Assembly (NCBI RefSeq): GCF_003334315.1
Contig: NZ_QOWR01000011.1
Direction: 5' to 3' (one strand)
Length of the DNA: 64,000 bases
From: Escherichia coli
GTDB taxonomy: Bacteria; Pseudomonadota; Gammaproteobacteria; Enterobacterales; Enterobacteriaceae
Position 1 is the stretch's first letter. Every line of letters begins with the position of its first letter. The notes under the pieces were generated by a model. That model was not told where the DNA came from and searched no databases. It worked only from the letters and a program-made list of their open reading frames with translations. This document shows, in pieces, positions 44,099 through 53,795 of the stretch. Both the position numbers and the translations under genes were made by a program.

Positions 44099-44548
44099 TT
44101 AAACCAGTGAACCGCCGGTCAGGAAGGAAAAGATAAGGAATATCAGCAAAATGCTGCACACGATGCCGATACCAAAAAGCAAGGTATGGAAAGCCAGCGT
44201 CCCGCCGCCAAAAACCAGCGCGCCGCGAATGCCCCAGCGATTTTCCTTACGCATACCGCCAATAAATGCGCAAAGTAGCGCAGCAATGGCCAGTGCGATA
44301 CCGCTTTGATTGAGGATTTTATCGACATCTACGTCCTCTTTTTTCTCCACGGTGGTAATTTTTTCGCCTTTTATTCCGGCGAGAAGACCTCTTTTAATTT
44401 CAGCCGTTTTGTCCGCCACGATGCTTTCAAACGTTGGCGGTGGTGCGGAGAAAGGGCCGAATGAAAAGTGGATAATCCCCATCATTAAAGCGATGGCACC
44501 GAACAGCATGCCCAATGAACTGATTTTATTTTGAGCTATGATACCCAT
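44099..44548 (-). CDS. yidI: inner membrane protein YidI
   Basis: ORF track trimmed to MGIIAQNKISSLGMLFGAIALMMG (149 aa), with AGGAGG-like RBS upstream. Confidence 0.7.
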   Translation of the reverse strand: MGIIAQNKISSLGMLFGAIALMMGIIHFSFGPFSAPPPTFESIVADKTAEIKRGLLAGIKGEKITTVEKKEDVDVDKILNQSGIALAIAALLCAFIGGMRKENRWGIRGALVFGGGTLAFHTLLFGIGIVCSILLIFLIFSFLTGGSLV

Positions 44549-44655
44549 CTGACCTCCTTGTAGCGGATGGCAAAAGCATATCAGGAAACGGGCGGACGAA
44601 ATTCTTAAAAAAACCGCTAAAGGTAGAGCGTTAGTGAAATTGCAAAGGAGCAACA

Positions 44656-45003
44656 ATGAAAATTTCCCGCCTCGGAGAAGCGCCTGATTACCGCTTCTCG
44701 CTGGCTAATGAGCGTACTTTTCTGGCGTGGATCCGTACTGCACTAGGATTTCTGGCGGCGGGGGTTGGGCTTGATCAACTTGCGCCAGATTTCGCCACGC
44801 CCGTCATTCGCGAACTGCTGGCGTTGTTGTTGTGTCTGTTTTCCGGCGGGTTAGCGATGTATGGCTACTTGCGCTGGTTACGCAATGAAAAAGCGATGCG
44901 TCTGAAAGAGGACCTGCCCTACACCAACAGCTTATTAATCATTAGCTTAATATTGATGGTCGTGGCGGTGATCGTTATGGGACTGGTGTTGTATGCCGGA
45001 TAG
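44656..45003 (+). CDS. yidH: DUF202-family inner membrane protein
   Basis: 115-aa ORF with two predicted TM helices; overlaps yidG start. Confidence 0.7.
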   Translation: MKISRLGEAPDYRFSLANERTFLAWIRTALGFLAAGVGLDQLAPDFATPVIRELLALLLCLFSGGLAMYGYLRWLRNEKAMRLKEDLPYTNSLLIISLILMVVAVIVMGLVLYAG

Positions 45004-45355
45004 CCGCAAAGCCAGACGCATTGCCGACCCAGGACTGCAGCCGGAGCGCACATCACTGGCGTGGTTTCGTACCATGCTGGGCTACGGCGCGTTGATGGCG
45101 TTGGCTATCAAACACAACTGGCACCAGGCGGGCATGTTATTCTGGATTTCGATTGGCATTCTCGCCATCGTGGCGCTGATCCTCTGGCACTACACCCGTA
45201 ATCGCAATTTAATGGATGTCACGAATAGCGATTTTTCCCAATTTCACGTAGTCCGTGACAAATTTTTGATCTCCCTCGCGGTGTTATCTCTCGCAATACT
45301 GTTTGCTGTAACGCATATACATCAACTTATCGTATTTATTGAGAGAGTCGCATGA
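44993..45355 (+). CDS. yidG: inner membrane protein YidG
   Basis: 120-aa ORF, overlapping yidH and yidF. Confidence 0.7.
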   Translation: MPDSRKARRIADPGLQPERTSLAWFRTMLGYGALMALAIKHNWHQAGMLFWISIGILAIVALILWHYTRNRNLMDVTNSDFSQFHVVRDKFLISLAVLSLAILFAVTHIHQLIVFIERVA

Positions 45356-45849
45356 CAGGAAGTCAGGTCATTGATGCTGAAGAGGACAGGCATAAACTGG
45401 TTGTAGAGTACAAGGATGCTCTGCAACCTGCCGATTTTTATCACAATTTCAAACAGCGGGGCATCCGCTCCGTACAGCTCATTCCCTATCTTGAATTTGA
45501 TGACCGGGGCGATCTGACGGCCGCTTCGGTGACAGCAGAGCTGTGGGGGAAATTTTTAATTGCCCTGTTCGAGTGTTGGGTGCGGGCAGATATCAGTCGT
45601 ATCTCGATTGAGCTTTTTGACGCCACCTTACAAAAATGGTGTGGCAGCGAAAACCCGCAACCGCGCTGTGACTGCCAGGCGTGCGACTGGCATCGCCTGT
45701 GCCCGCACGCTCGGCAGGAGACGCCAGACAGCGTGCTTTGTGCGGGCTATCAGGCGTTTTATTCTTACTCCGCACCGCATATGCGGGTGATGCGTGATCT
45801 GATAAAGCAGCATCGTTCTCCCATGGAGCTGATGACGATGCTGCGGTGA
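45352..45849 (+). CDS. yidF: short anaerobic sulfatase-maturase-like protein lacking a radical-SAM core
   Basis: 165-aa ORF; region FLIALFECWVRADISRISIELFDATL and Cys cluster CDCQACDWHRLCPH resemble the C-terminal domain of AslB-type maturases; no CxxxCxxC motif present. Confidence 0.7.
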   Translation: MTGSQVIDAEEDRHKLVVEYKDALQPADFYHNFKQRGIRSVQLIPYLEFDDRGDLTAASVTAELWGKFLIALFECWVRADISRISIELFDATLQKWCGSENPQPRCDCQACDWHRLCPHARQETPDSVLCAGYQAFYSYSAPHMRVMRDLIKQHRSPMELMTMLR

Positions 45850-45856
45850 CGTGCGC

Positions 45857-47041
45857 TTAAACGGGCTGCCCCTGATGCGACATCCGCGTCGCCAGCGGCA
45901 GCCAGCACAGCACGATCAACAATCCCATTAAGGTCATCAACAACCCCAGGCTGCCCTGACCGGTTTGCGGCAACATCGCAGAGAGCGACGCCAGCACGCC
46001 GGAACCAATGTTTTGCAGACCGCCGACCAGCGCGCCAGCCGTGCCCGCCAGGAAGGGGAACGGCTCCATCGCGCCGCTGGTCGCCAGCGGAAACAGCATC
46101 CCGGCACCGAAAAAGAACAGCGCGGCGGGAACGAGCAGCGTCCAGACATTCATCACGCCAAACCAGTCGGGGATCCACATCAGCAAGCCAGCCAGCAGGC
46201 AGCAGATAACCGACTGCCACATTAACGTGGAGAAGCGTTTATTGGGACGTCCGGCAAACCATGCGCCAAAAAACGCTGCCGGAATCGGCAGAATAAACAA
46301 AATACTGACCGTCATACTGCTCAGCCCTAACACCGCGCCCATCAGCACGCCGGAGCAGGCTTCAAAGGCGGCAATCCCGGCCAGACCGCCAATCAGCATC
46401 AGCAAATAACAGTTAAAACCGCTGTTACCGAAAAGCGTTTTATAACTGGTAAGCAGGCGCGTGCGCGGTGCATCGACCGGACGCGTTTCCGGCATCCAGC
46501 GGGCCATACTGAAGGTCACACCAGCACAAAGAACCAACAAAAAGAGATAACAGGCGCGCCAGTTCCACATCGTATCCAGCAGACCGCCGATTAGCGGTGC
46601 GAGCAACGGACTGACGAGAATCCCCATGTTTAACAGGCTGTTAGCATGGCGCAACTGTGTCCGTTCATATAAATCTCGCGGTAAAGTACGCGCCATTACG
46701 CCGCCAACGCCGGTGCCCATCCCCTGCATCGCGCTGGCGGCAATCAACACCGTCAAACTGGAGGTCGTGACCGCGACCAGCGTTGCCAGCATAAAAATGG
46801 ACATTCCGACGAGGATCACCGGTCGGCGGCCCACGCGGTCGGAAATCGGGCCATAAAACAGCTGTGAGACACCGTAAGTCAGCAGATAAGCGCCCATTAC
46901 GCTCTGCACCGCCCCTTCACGGACGTTGAGATCGCGCGCCATATCGGCAATAGCTGGAATATAAATGGTTTGCGCCATCTGACCGACGGCCACGAGTAAT
47001 ACCAACATCAATAACAAATTGACGTTTCTTTGCCTTTTCAT
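45857..47041 (-). CDS. emrD: MFS multidrug efflux transporter EmrD
   Basis: ORF track trimmed to MKRQRNVNLLLMLVLLVAVGQMAQ (394 aa). Confidence 0.9.
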   Translation of the reverse strand: MKRQRNVNLLLMLVLLVAVGQMAQTIYIPAIADMARDLNVREGAVQSVMGAYLLTYGVSQLFYGPISDRVGRRPVILVGMSIFMLATLVAVTTSSLTVLIAASAMQGMGTGVGGVMARTLPRDLYERTQLRHANSLLNMGILVSPLLAPLIGGLLDTMWNWRACYLFLLVLCAGVTFSMARWMPETRPVDAPRTRLLTSYKTLFGNSGFNCYLLMLIGGLAGIAAFEACSGVLMGAVLGLSSMTVSILFILPIPAAFFGAWFAGRPNKRFSTLMWQSVICCLLAGLLMWIPDWFGVMNVWTLLVPAALFFFGAGMLFPLATSGAMEPFPFLAGTAGALVGGLQNIGSGVLASLSAMLPQTGQGSLGLLMTLMGLLIVLCWLPLATRMSHQGQPV

Positions 47042-47214
47042 TATCACGGATGCTTTTATAAAAATAATTAGAATAAGTCACTACGCATTCCCATAAATGC
47101 GGGAGAGGAATCTATCACATTGATGAATGTTAGCCAGATATACGCCAGGAATGGGGAATTGTTTAGCGGCAGAATATGTAAACAAAAGCGGCAATAAATG
47201 TTGCCGGGAGAGAT

Positions 47215-47255
47215 GGTAGGGCGGATAAGATGCGTCAGCATCGCATCCGACACCA
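47215..47255. repeat. REP-like palindromic element between emrD and tisB
   Basis: GGCGGATAAGATGCGTCAGCATCGCATCCGACACC resembles the REP consensus. Confidence 0.5.
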
Positions 47256-47266
47256 ACCCGCACGCT

Positions 47267-47298
47267 AAATATAAAAGGGGAGCGGTTTCCCGCTCCCC
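47267..47298 (-). terminator. rho-independent terminator of the tisAB transcript
   Basis: GGGGAGCGG-tttc-CCGCTCCCC stem; on the minus strand it is followed by a U-tract (plus-strand AAATATAAAA). Confidence 0.7.
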
Positions 47299-47320
47299 TT
47301 TGGTGCGACTTGAATCTGAA

Positions 47321-47410
47321 TTACTTCAGGTATTTCAGAACAGCATCAAGCAGTTGCAGTGCTGCAACAATGAGTTTGAGGATAAGAATGGCGATATCCA
47401 CCAGGTTCAT
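47321..47410 (-). CDS. tisB: type I toxin TisB (29-aa membrane peptide MNLVDIAILILKLIVAALQLLDAVLKYLK)
   Basis: Hand-translated 30-codon ORF below track cut-off, with AGGAG RBS; exact TisB peptide. Confidence 0.9.
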   Translation of the reverse strand: MNLVDIAILILKLIVAALQLLDAVLKYLK

Positions 47411-47512
47411 ACGCGTCTCCTGTGGTTCAGGAGCACTGCCAGCTGACGTACCTTTCCGCTGCCTGTTGCCAGCTGTTGTGCACGCGGTATCTCAAGGAGA
47501 AACGTTGTGCTT

Positions 47513-47533
47513 GTTGACATAACACAGTGTGCT
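47513..47533 (-). promoter_or_regulatory. IstR-1 target site within the tisAB 5' UTR
   Basis: 21-nt segment GTTGACATAACACAGTGTGCT is a direct repeat (20/21) of 47771..47791; because the two copies are transcribed from opposite strands the RNAs are complementary. Confidence 0.6.
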
Positions 47534-47646
47534 CACGCGGGGTTAAGGCGCTGACGGCACCACCCGTTTCAGCCAGGACTTAGTGCGCCGGGTAACGATG
47601 CGGCCCCCGCATAACACATTGCGTACAGTGATATTATAGAAGTTTA

Positions 47647-47662
47647 CTGTATAAATAAACAG
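47647..47662. promoter_or_regulatory. LexA box (SOS box) controlling the tisAB promoter
   Basis: taCTGTataaataaACAGta matches CTGT-N8-ACAG with AT-rich spacer; overlaps a minus-strand TATAAT -10 element. Confidence 0.75.
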
Positions 47663-47770
47663 TAATATTTGGACAAAACGCAAACTGTGATCGATACTCA
47701 ACTATGCACTAAATACGTCAAAATTCGTGCCGAAATTGCGCGTTCTGCGCGGAACACGTATACTTTCAGT

Positions 47771-47846
47771 GTTGACATAATACAGTGTGCTTTGCGGTTA
47801 CCAGCCGCAGGCGACTGACGAAACCTCGCTCCGGCGGGGTTTTTTG
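47771..47846 (+). ncRNA. istR: IstR-1 antitoxin small RNA (about 75 nt); the longer IstR-2 probably starts about 65 nt upstream
   Basis: TATACT -10 element just upstream; the 5' end carries the 21-nt repeat complementary to the tisAB leader; ends at a GC-rich hairpin plus GGGGTTTTTT. Confidence 0.55.
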
Positions 47847-47974
47847 TTATCTGCAATTCAGTACAAAACGTGATCAACCCCTCAATTTTCCCTTGCTGAA
47901 AAATTTTCCATTGTCTCCCCTGTAAAGCTGTGCTTGTATAAATATTGTTAAACACAAAACCAACAAGGTCCCCA

Positions 47975-48073
47975 ATGACTACTTCCATGCTCAACGCAAA
48001 ACTACTACCAACTGCGCCATCCGCCGCAGTGGTCGTCGTGCGTGTGGTGGTGGTCGTCGGCAATGCGCCGTAG
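47975..48073 (+). CDS. ivbL: ilvB operon leader peptide (32 aa, MTTSMLNAKLLPTAPSAAVVVVRVVVVVGNAP)
   Basis: Hand-translated short ORF rich in consecutive Val and Leu codons, upstream of ilvB. Confidence 0.85.
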   Translation: MTTSMLNAKLLPTAPSAAVVVVRVVVVVGNAP

Positions 48074-48096
48074 GGACTGGAACAACACACGATTCC

Positions 48097-48134
48097 AAAA
48101 CCCCGCCGGCGCAAACCGGGCGGGGTTTTTCGTT
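48097..48134 (+). terminator. ilvB attenuator terminator
   Basis: CCCCGCC-ggcgcaaacc-GGGCGGGG stem followed by TTTTTCGTTT between ivbL and ilvB. Confidence 0.75.
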
Positions 48135-48178
48135 TAAGCACCTCCCGGAAAGTCGGCCCAGAAGAAAAGGACTGGAGC

Positions 48179-49867
48179 ATGGCAAGTTCGGGCACAACAT
48201 CGACGCGTAAGCGCTTTACCGGCGCAGAATTTATCGTTCATTTCCTGGAACAGCAGGGCATTAAGATTGTGACAGGCATTCCGGGCGGTTCTATCCTGCC
48301 TGTTTACGATGCCTTAAGCCAAAGCACGCAAATCCGCCATATTCTGGCCCGTCATGAACAGGGCGCGGGCTTTATCGCTCAGGGAATGGCGCGCACCGAC
48401 GGTAAACCGGCGGTCTGTATGGCCTGTAGCGGACCGGGTGCGACTAACCTGGTGACCGCCATTGCCGATGCGCGGCTGGACTCCATCCCGCTGATTTGCA
48501 TCACTGGTCAGGTTCCCGCCTCGATGATCGGCACCGACGCCTTCCAGGAAGTGGACACCTACGGCATCTCTATCCCCATCACCAAACACAACTATCTGGT
48601 CAGACATATCGAAGAACTCCCGCAGGTCATGAGCGATGCCTTCCGCATTGCGCAATCAGGCCGCCCAGGCCCGGTGTGGATAGACATTCCTAAGGATGTG
48701 CAAACGGCAGTTTTTGAGATTGAAACACAGCCCGCTATGGCAGAAAAAGCCGCCGCCCCCGCCTTTAGCGAAGAAAGCATTCGTGACGCAGCGGCGATGA
48801 TTAACGCTGCCAAACGCCCGGTGCTTTATCTGGGCGGCGGTGTGATCAATGCGCCCGCACGGGTGCGTGAACTGGCGGAGAAAGCGCAACTGCCTACCAC
48901 CATGACTTTAATGGCGCTGGGCATGTTGCCAAAAGCGCATCCGTTGTCGCTGGGTATGCTGGGGATGCACGGCGTGCGCAGCACCAACTATATTTTGCAG
49001 GAGGCGGATTTGTTGATAGTGCTCGGTGCGCGTTTTGATGACCGGGCGATTGGCAAAACCGAGCAGTTCTGTCCGAATGCCAAAATCATTCATGTCGATA
49101 TCGACCGTGCAGAGCTGGGTAAAATCAAGCAGCCGCACGTGGCGATTCAGGCGGATGTTGATGACGTGCTGGCGCAGTTGATCCCGCTGGTGGAAGCGCA
49201 ACCGCGTGCAGAGTGGCACCAGTTGGTAGCGGATTTGCAGCGTGAGTTTCCGTGTCCAATCCCGAAAGCGTGCGATCCGTTAAGCCATTACGGCCTGATC
49301 AACGCCGTTGCCGCCTGTGTCGATGACAATGCAATTATCACCACCGACGTTGGTCAGCATCAGATGTGGACCGCGCAAGCTTATCCGCTCAATCGCCCAC
49401 GCCAGTGGCTGACCTCCGGTGGGCTGGGCACGATGGGTTTTGGCCTGCCTGCGGCGATTGGCGCTGCGCTGGCGAACCCGGATCGCAAAGTGTTGTGTTT
49501 CTCCGGCGACGGCAGCCTGATGATGAATATTCAGGAGATGGCGACCGCCAGTGAAAATCAGCTGGATGTCAAAATCATTCTGATGAACAACGAAGCGCTG
49601 GGGCTGGTGCATCAGCAACAGAGTCTGTTCTACGAGCAAGGCGTTTTTGCCGCCACCTATCCGGGCAAAATCAACTTTATGCAGATTGCCGCCGGATTCG
49701 GCCTCGAAACCTGTGATTTGAATAACGAAGCCGATCCGCAGGCTTCATTGCAGGAAATCATCAATCGCCCTGGCCCGGCGCTGATCCATGTGCGCATTGA
49801 TGCCGAAGAAAAAGTTTACCCGATGGTGCCGCCAGGTGCGGCGAATACTGAAATGGTGGGGGAATAA
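48179..49867 (+). CDS. ilvB: acetolactate synthase I large subunit (TPP-dependent)
   Basis: 562-aa ORF; TPP-binding motif (GDGS...N) in the C-terminal domain. Confidence 0.95.
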   Translation: MASSGTTSTRKRFTGAEFIVHFLEQQGIKIVTGIPGGSILPVYDALSQSTQIRHILARHEQGAGFIAQGMARTDGKPAVCMACSGPGATNLVTAIADARLDSIPLICITGQVPASMIGTDAFQEVDTYGISIPITKHNYLVRHIEELPQVMSDAFRIAQSGRPGPVWIDIPKDVQTAVFEIETQPAMAEKAAAPAFSEESIRDAAAMINAAKRPVLYLGGGVINAPARVRELAEKAQLPTTMTLMALGMLPKAHPLSLGMLGMHGVRSTNYILQEADLLIVLGARFDDRAIGKTEQFCPNAKIIHVDIDRAELGKIKQPHVAIQADVDDVLAQLIPLVEAQPRAEWHQLVADLQREFPCPIPKACDPLSHYGLINAVAACVDDNAIITTDVGQHQMWTAQAYPLNRPRQWLTSGGLGTMGFGLPAAIGAALANPDRKVLCFSGDGSLMMNIQEMATASENQLDVKIILMNNEALGLVHQQQSLFYEQGVFAATYPGKINFMQIAAGFGLETCDLNNEADPQASLQEIINRPGPALIHVRIDAEEKVYPMVPPGAANTEMVGE

Positions 49868-49870
49868 GCC

Positions 49871-50161
49871 ATGCAAAACACAACTCATGACAACGTAATT
49901 CTGGAGCTCACCGTTCGCAACCATCCGGGCGTAATGACCCACGTTTGTGGCCTTTTTGCCCGCCGCGCTTTTAACGTTGAAGGCATTCTTTGTCTGCCGA
50001 TTCAGGACAGCGACAAAAGCCATATCTGGCTACTGGTCAATGACGACCAGCGTCTGGAGCAGATGATAAGCCAAATCGATAAGCTGGAAGATGTCGTGAA
50101 AGTGCAGCGTAATCAGTCCGATCCGACGATGTTTAACAAGATCGCGGTGTTTTTTCAGTAA
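49871..50161 (+). CDS. ilvN: acetolactate synthase I small (regulatory, ACT domain) subunit
   Basis: 96-aa ORF immediately downstream of ilvB. Confidence 0.9.
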
Positions 50162-50183
50162 CCGCTCAAGGCTTGAACAACAT

Positions 50184-50218
50184 CGCGCTTATCGTTAAGG
50201 TAAGCGCGTATTTTTTTT
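50184..50218 (+). terminator. rho-independent terminator after ilvN
   Basis: CGCGCTTA...TAAGCGCG stem followed by TTTTTTTT. Confidence 0.7.
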
Positions 50219-50236
50219 ACCCGCCAGGACAAGACC

Positions 50237-50827
50237 ATGATCACCGTTGCCCTTATAGACGATCACCTCATCGTCCGCTCCGGCTTTGCGCAGCTGCTGG
50301 GGCTGGAACCTGATTTGCAGGTAGTTGCCGAGTTTGGTTCGGGGCGCGAGGCGCTGGCGGGGCTGCCGGGGCGCGGTGTGCAGGTGTGTATTTGCGATAT
50401 CTCCATGCCCGATATCTCCGGTCTGGAGCTGCTAAGCCAGCTGCCGAAAGGTATGGCGACGATTATGCTCTCCGTTCACGACAGTCCTGCGCTGGTTGAG
50501 CAGGCGCTTAACGCGGGGGCACGCGGCTTTCTTTCCAAACGCTGTAGCCCGGATGAACTCATTGCTGCGGTGCATACGGTTGCCACGGGCGGCTGTTATC
50601 TGACGCCGGATATTGCCATTAAACTGGCATCCGGTCGTCAGGACCCGCTAACCAAACGTGAACGCCAGGTGGCGGAAAAACTGGCGCAAGGAATGGCGGT
50701 GAAAGAGATTGCCGCCGAACTGGGCTTGTCACCGAAAACGGTACACGTCCATCGCGCCAATCTGATGGAAAAACTGGGCGTCAGTAACGACGTAGAGCTG
50801 GCGCGCCGCATGTTTGATGGCTGGTGA
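50237..50827 (+). CDS. uhpA: response regulator UhpA (NarL/FixJ family)
   Basis: 196-aa ORF; receiver domain with phospho-acceptor Asp ([10 protein letters not shown]) and LuxR-type HTH. Confidence 0.9.
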
Positions 50828-52329
50828 TGAAGACGTTGTTCTCCCGCTTAATTACCGTTATTGCCTGCTTTTTTATCTTCTCTGCCGCATGGTTTTGCCT
50901 GTGGAGTATCAGCCTGCATCTGGTTGAGCGCCCTGATATGGCGGTGCTGTTATTTCCGTTTGGTCTGCGTCTGGGGCTAATGCTGCAATGCCCGCGCGGA
51001 TACTGGCCCGTATTGCTGGGCGCGGAGTGGCTGCTGATTTACTGGCTAACGCAGGCGGTCGGTTTAACCCATTTTCCGTTATTGATGATCGGTAGTTTAC
51101 TGACGTTACTGCCCGTAGCGCTGATCTCGCGCTATCGCCATCAGCGTGACTGGCGCACCTTGCTGTTACAGGGGGCGGCGTTAACGGCGGCGGCGTTGTT
51201 GCAGTCGCTGCCCTGGCTTTGGCACGGCAAAGAGTCGTGGAATGCGCTGTTGCTGACTTTAACTGGCGGCCTGACGCTGGCCCCGATATGTCTGGTGTTC
51301 TGGCACTATCTCGCCAATAACACCTGGCTGCCGCTCGGTCCGTCACTGGTTTCTCAGCCAATCAACTGGCGCGGGCGACATCTGGTCTGGTACTTGCTGC
51401 TGTTTGTTATCAGTCTCTGGCTCCAGTTGGGATTGCCGGACGAACTGTCGCGCTTTACGCCATTCTGTCTGGCGCTGCCGATTATCGCGCTGGCCTGGCA
51501 CTATGGTTGGCAAGGGGCGCTGATTGCGACGTTGATGAACGCCATCGCGCTGATCGCCAGTCAAACCTGGCGCGATCATCCGGTGGATTTATTGCTCTCG
51601 CTGCTGGTGCAAAGTCTGACAGGGTTGTTGCTTGGCGCTGGCATCCAGCGGTTGCGTGAACTTAACCAGTCGCTGCAAAAGGAACTGGCGCGCAATCAGC
51701 ATCTGGCTGAACGGTTGCTGGAAACCGAAGAGAGCGTGCGCCGTGATGTGGCGCGTGAGCTGCATGATGATATCGGTCAGACCATCACTGCTATTCGTAC
51801 TCAGGCGGGCATTGTTCAGCGGCTGGCGGCAGATAACGCCAGCGTGAAGCAGAGCGGGCAGCTCATCGAACAACTATCGCTGGGCGTTTACGACGCGGTG
51901 CGCCGTTTGTTGGGTCGGTTACGTCCGCGCCAGTTGGATGATCTCACCCTGGAGCAGGCCATCCGCTCACTGATGCGGGAAATGGAGCTGGAAGGGCGCG
52001 GTATTGTCAGCCATCTCGAATGGCGAATCGATGAATCAGCGTTAAGCGAAAACCAGCGCGTGACGCTGTTTCGTGTCTGCCAGGAAGGGCTGAACAACAT
52101 TGTGAAACATGCTGATGCCAGCGCGGTCACCCTGCAAGGCTGGCAGCAGGATGAACGGTTGATGCTGGTTATTGAAGACGATGGCAGCGGTTTGCCGCCG
52201 GGTTCCGGGCAACAAGGTTTTGGCCTCACCGGAATGCGCGAGCGCGTAACGGCGCTGGGTGGCACATTACACATTTCCTGTCTGCACGGCACGCGTGTCA
52301 GCGTTTCTCTACCTCAACGCTATGTCTAA
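50827..52329 (+). CDS. uhpB: sensor histidine kinase UhpB
   Basis: 500-aa ORF; N-terminal membrane domain; H-box ELHDDIGQ; start overlaps uhpA stop. Confidence 0.9.
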
Positions 52330-52338
52330 GGTTTGATG

Positions 52339-53658
52339 ATGTTGCCGTTTCTGAAAGCGCCTGCCGATGCGCCATTAATGACTGATAAATATGAAATTGA
52401 TGCCCGCTATCGCTACTGGCGTCGGCATATTCTGCTGACCATCTGGCTGGGTTACGCGCTGTTTTACTTCACGCGGAAAAGTTTTAACGCCGCCGTACCA
52501 GAAATCCTTGCTAACGGCGTGCTCAGCCGTAGCGATATCGGCCTGTTAGCGACCCTGTTTTACATTACCTATGGCGTGTCGAAGTTTGTCTCCGGCATTG
52601 TCAGCGATCGCTCAAATGCCCGTTATTTTATGGGGATAGGGCTTATCGCCACGGGCATTATCAACATTCTGTTTGGCTTCTCGACGTCGCTATGGGCGTT
52701 TGCCGTGCTCTGGGTGCTGAACGCCTTTTTCCAGGGCTGGGGTTCACCGGTGTGTGCGCGTCTGTTAACGGCCTGGTATTCACGTACCGAGCGCGGCGGT
52801 TGGTGGGCATTATGGAACACGGCGCATAACGTCGGCGGCGCACTCATTCCCATTGTGATGGCAGCGGCTGCGCTGCATTACGGCTGGCGTGCCGGGATGA
52901 TGATTGCTGGTTGTATGGCGATAGTCGTGGGGATTTTTCTCTGCTGGCGGCTACGCGATCGCCCGCAGGCGTTAGGTTTACCGGCGGTCGGTGAATGGCG
53001 ACACGACGCGCTGGAAATTGCTCAACAACAAGAAGGGGCAGGGTTGACGCGTAAAGAGATCCTCACCAAATATGTGTTGCTGAATCCGTATATCTGGCTG
53101 CTTTCGTTTTGCTATGTGCTGGTCTATGTGGTCCGGGCGGCGATCAACGACTGGGGCAATTTGTATATGTCCGAGACACTGGGCGTCGATCTGGTCACGG
53201 CGAATACGGCAGTGACGATGTTTGAACTGGGCGGATTTATCGGTGCGCTGGTAGCCGGTTGGGGCTCGGACAAATTGTTTAACGGCAACCGAGGGCCGAT
53301 GAATTTGATTTTCGCCGCCGGAATTTTGCTTTCAGTCGGCTCCCTGTGGCTGATGCCATTTGCCAGCTACGTGATGCAGGCAACCTGCTTCTTCACCATT
53401 GGTTTTTTTGTCTTTGGCCCACAGATGTTAATCGGTATGGCGGCGGCAGAGTGTTCCCACAAAGAGGCGGCAGGGGCGGCGACGGGGTTTGTCGGCTTGT
53501 TTGCTTATCTGGGGGCGTCGCTTGCTGGTTGGCCGCTGGCGAAAGTACTCGATACCTGGCACTGGAGCGGATTTTTTGTGGTTATCTCTATCGCCGCCGG
53601 GATTTCCGCACTGCTGTTACTGCCCTTTTTGAACGCCCAGACACCGCGCGAAGCGTGA
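52339..53658 (+). CDS. uhpC: glucose-6-phosphate sensor/transporter-like MFS protein UhpC
   Basis: 439-aa ORF, paralogous to UhpT (organophosphate:Pi antiporter family). Confidence 0.88.
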   Translation: MLPFLKAPADAPLMTDKYEIDARYRYWRRHILLTIWLGYALFYFTRKSFNAAVPEILANGVLSRSDIGLLATLFYITYGVSKFVSGIVSDRSNARYFMGIGLIATGIINILFGFSTSLWAFAVLWVLNAFFQGWGSPVCARLLTAWYSRTERGGWWALWNTAHNVGGALIPIVMAAAALHYGWRAGMMIAGCMAIVVGIFLCWRLRDRPQALGLPAVGEWRHDALEIAQQQEGAGLTRKEILTKYVLLNPYIWLLSFCYVLVYVVRAAINDWGNLYMSETLGVDLVTANTAVTMFELGGFIGALVAGWGSDKLFNGNRGPMNLIFAAGILLSVGSLWLMPFASYVMQATCFFTIGFFVFGPQMLIGMAAAECSHKEAAGAATGFVGLFAYLGASLAGWPLAKVLDTWHWSGFFVVISIAAGISALLLLPFLNAQTPREA

Positions 53659-53699
53659 TGCATCTCACCTTTTCACTTCATATCCGGCAAAACTAAGAA

Positions 53700-53765
53700 A
53701 TTTTCCAGGTTTTGCCTGGACGCTATCTCAGGCCTGATTTGCTGCTGATTTTTACAATGCATGCC
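53700..53765 (+). promoter_or_regulatory. uhpT promoter region with candidate UhpA binding repeats
   Basis: Inverted CCAGG/CCTGG repeats (ttCCAGGttttgCCTGGa, CAGGCCTG) upstream of a TACAAT -10 element; assignment by position, not verified. Confidence 0.45.
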
Positions 53766-53795
53766 TCACGCAGGTATTCATTTCAGGAGTAACCC

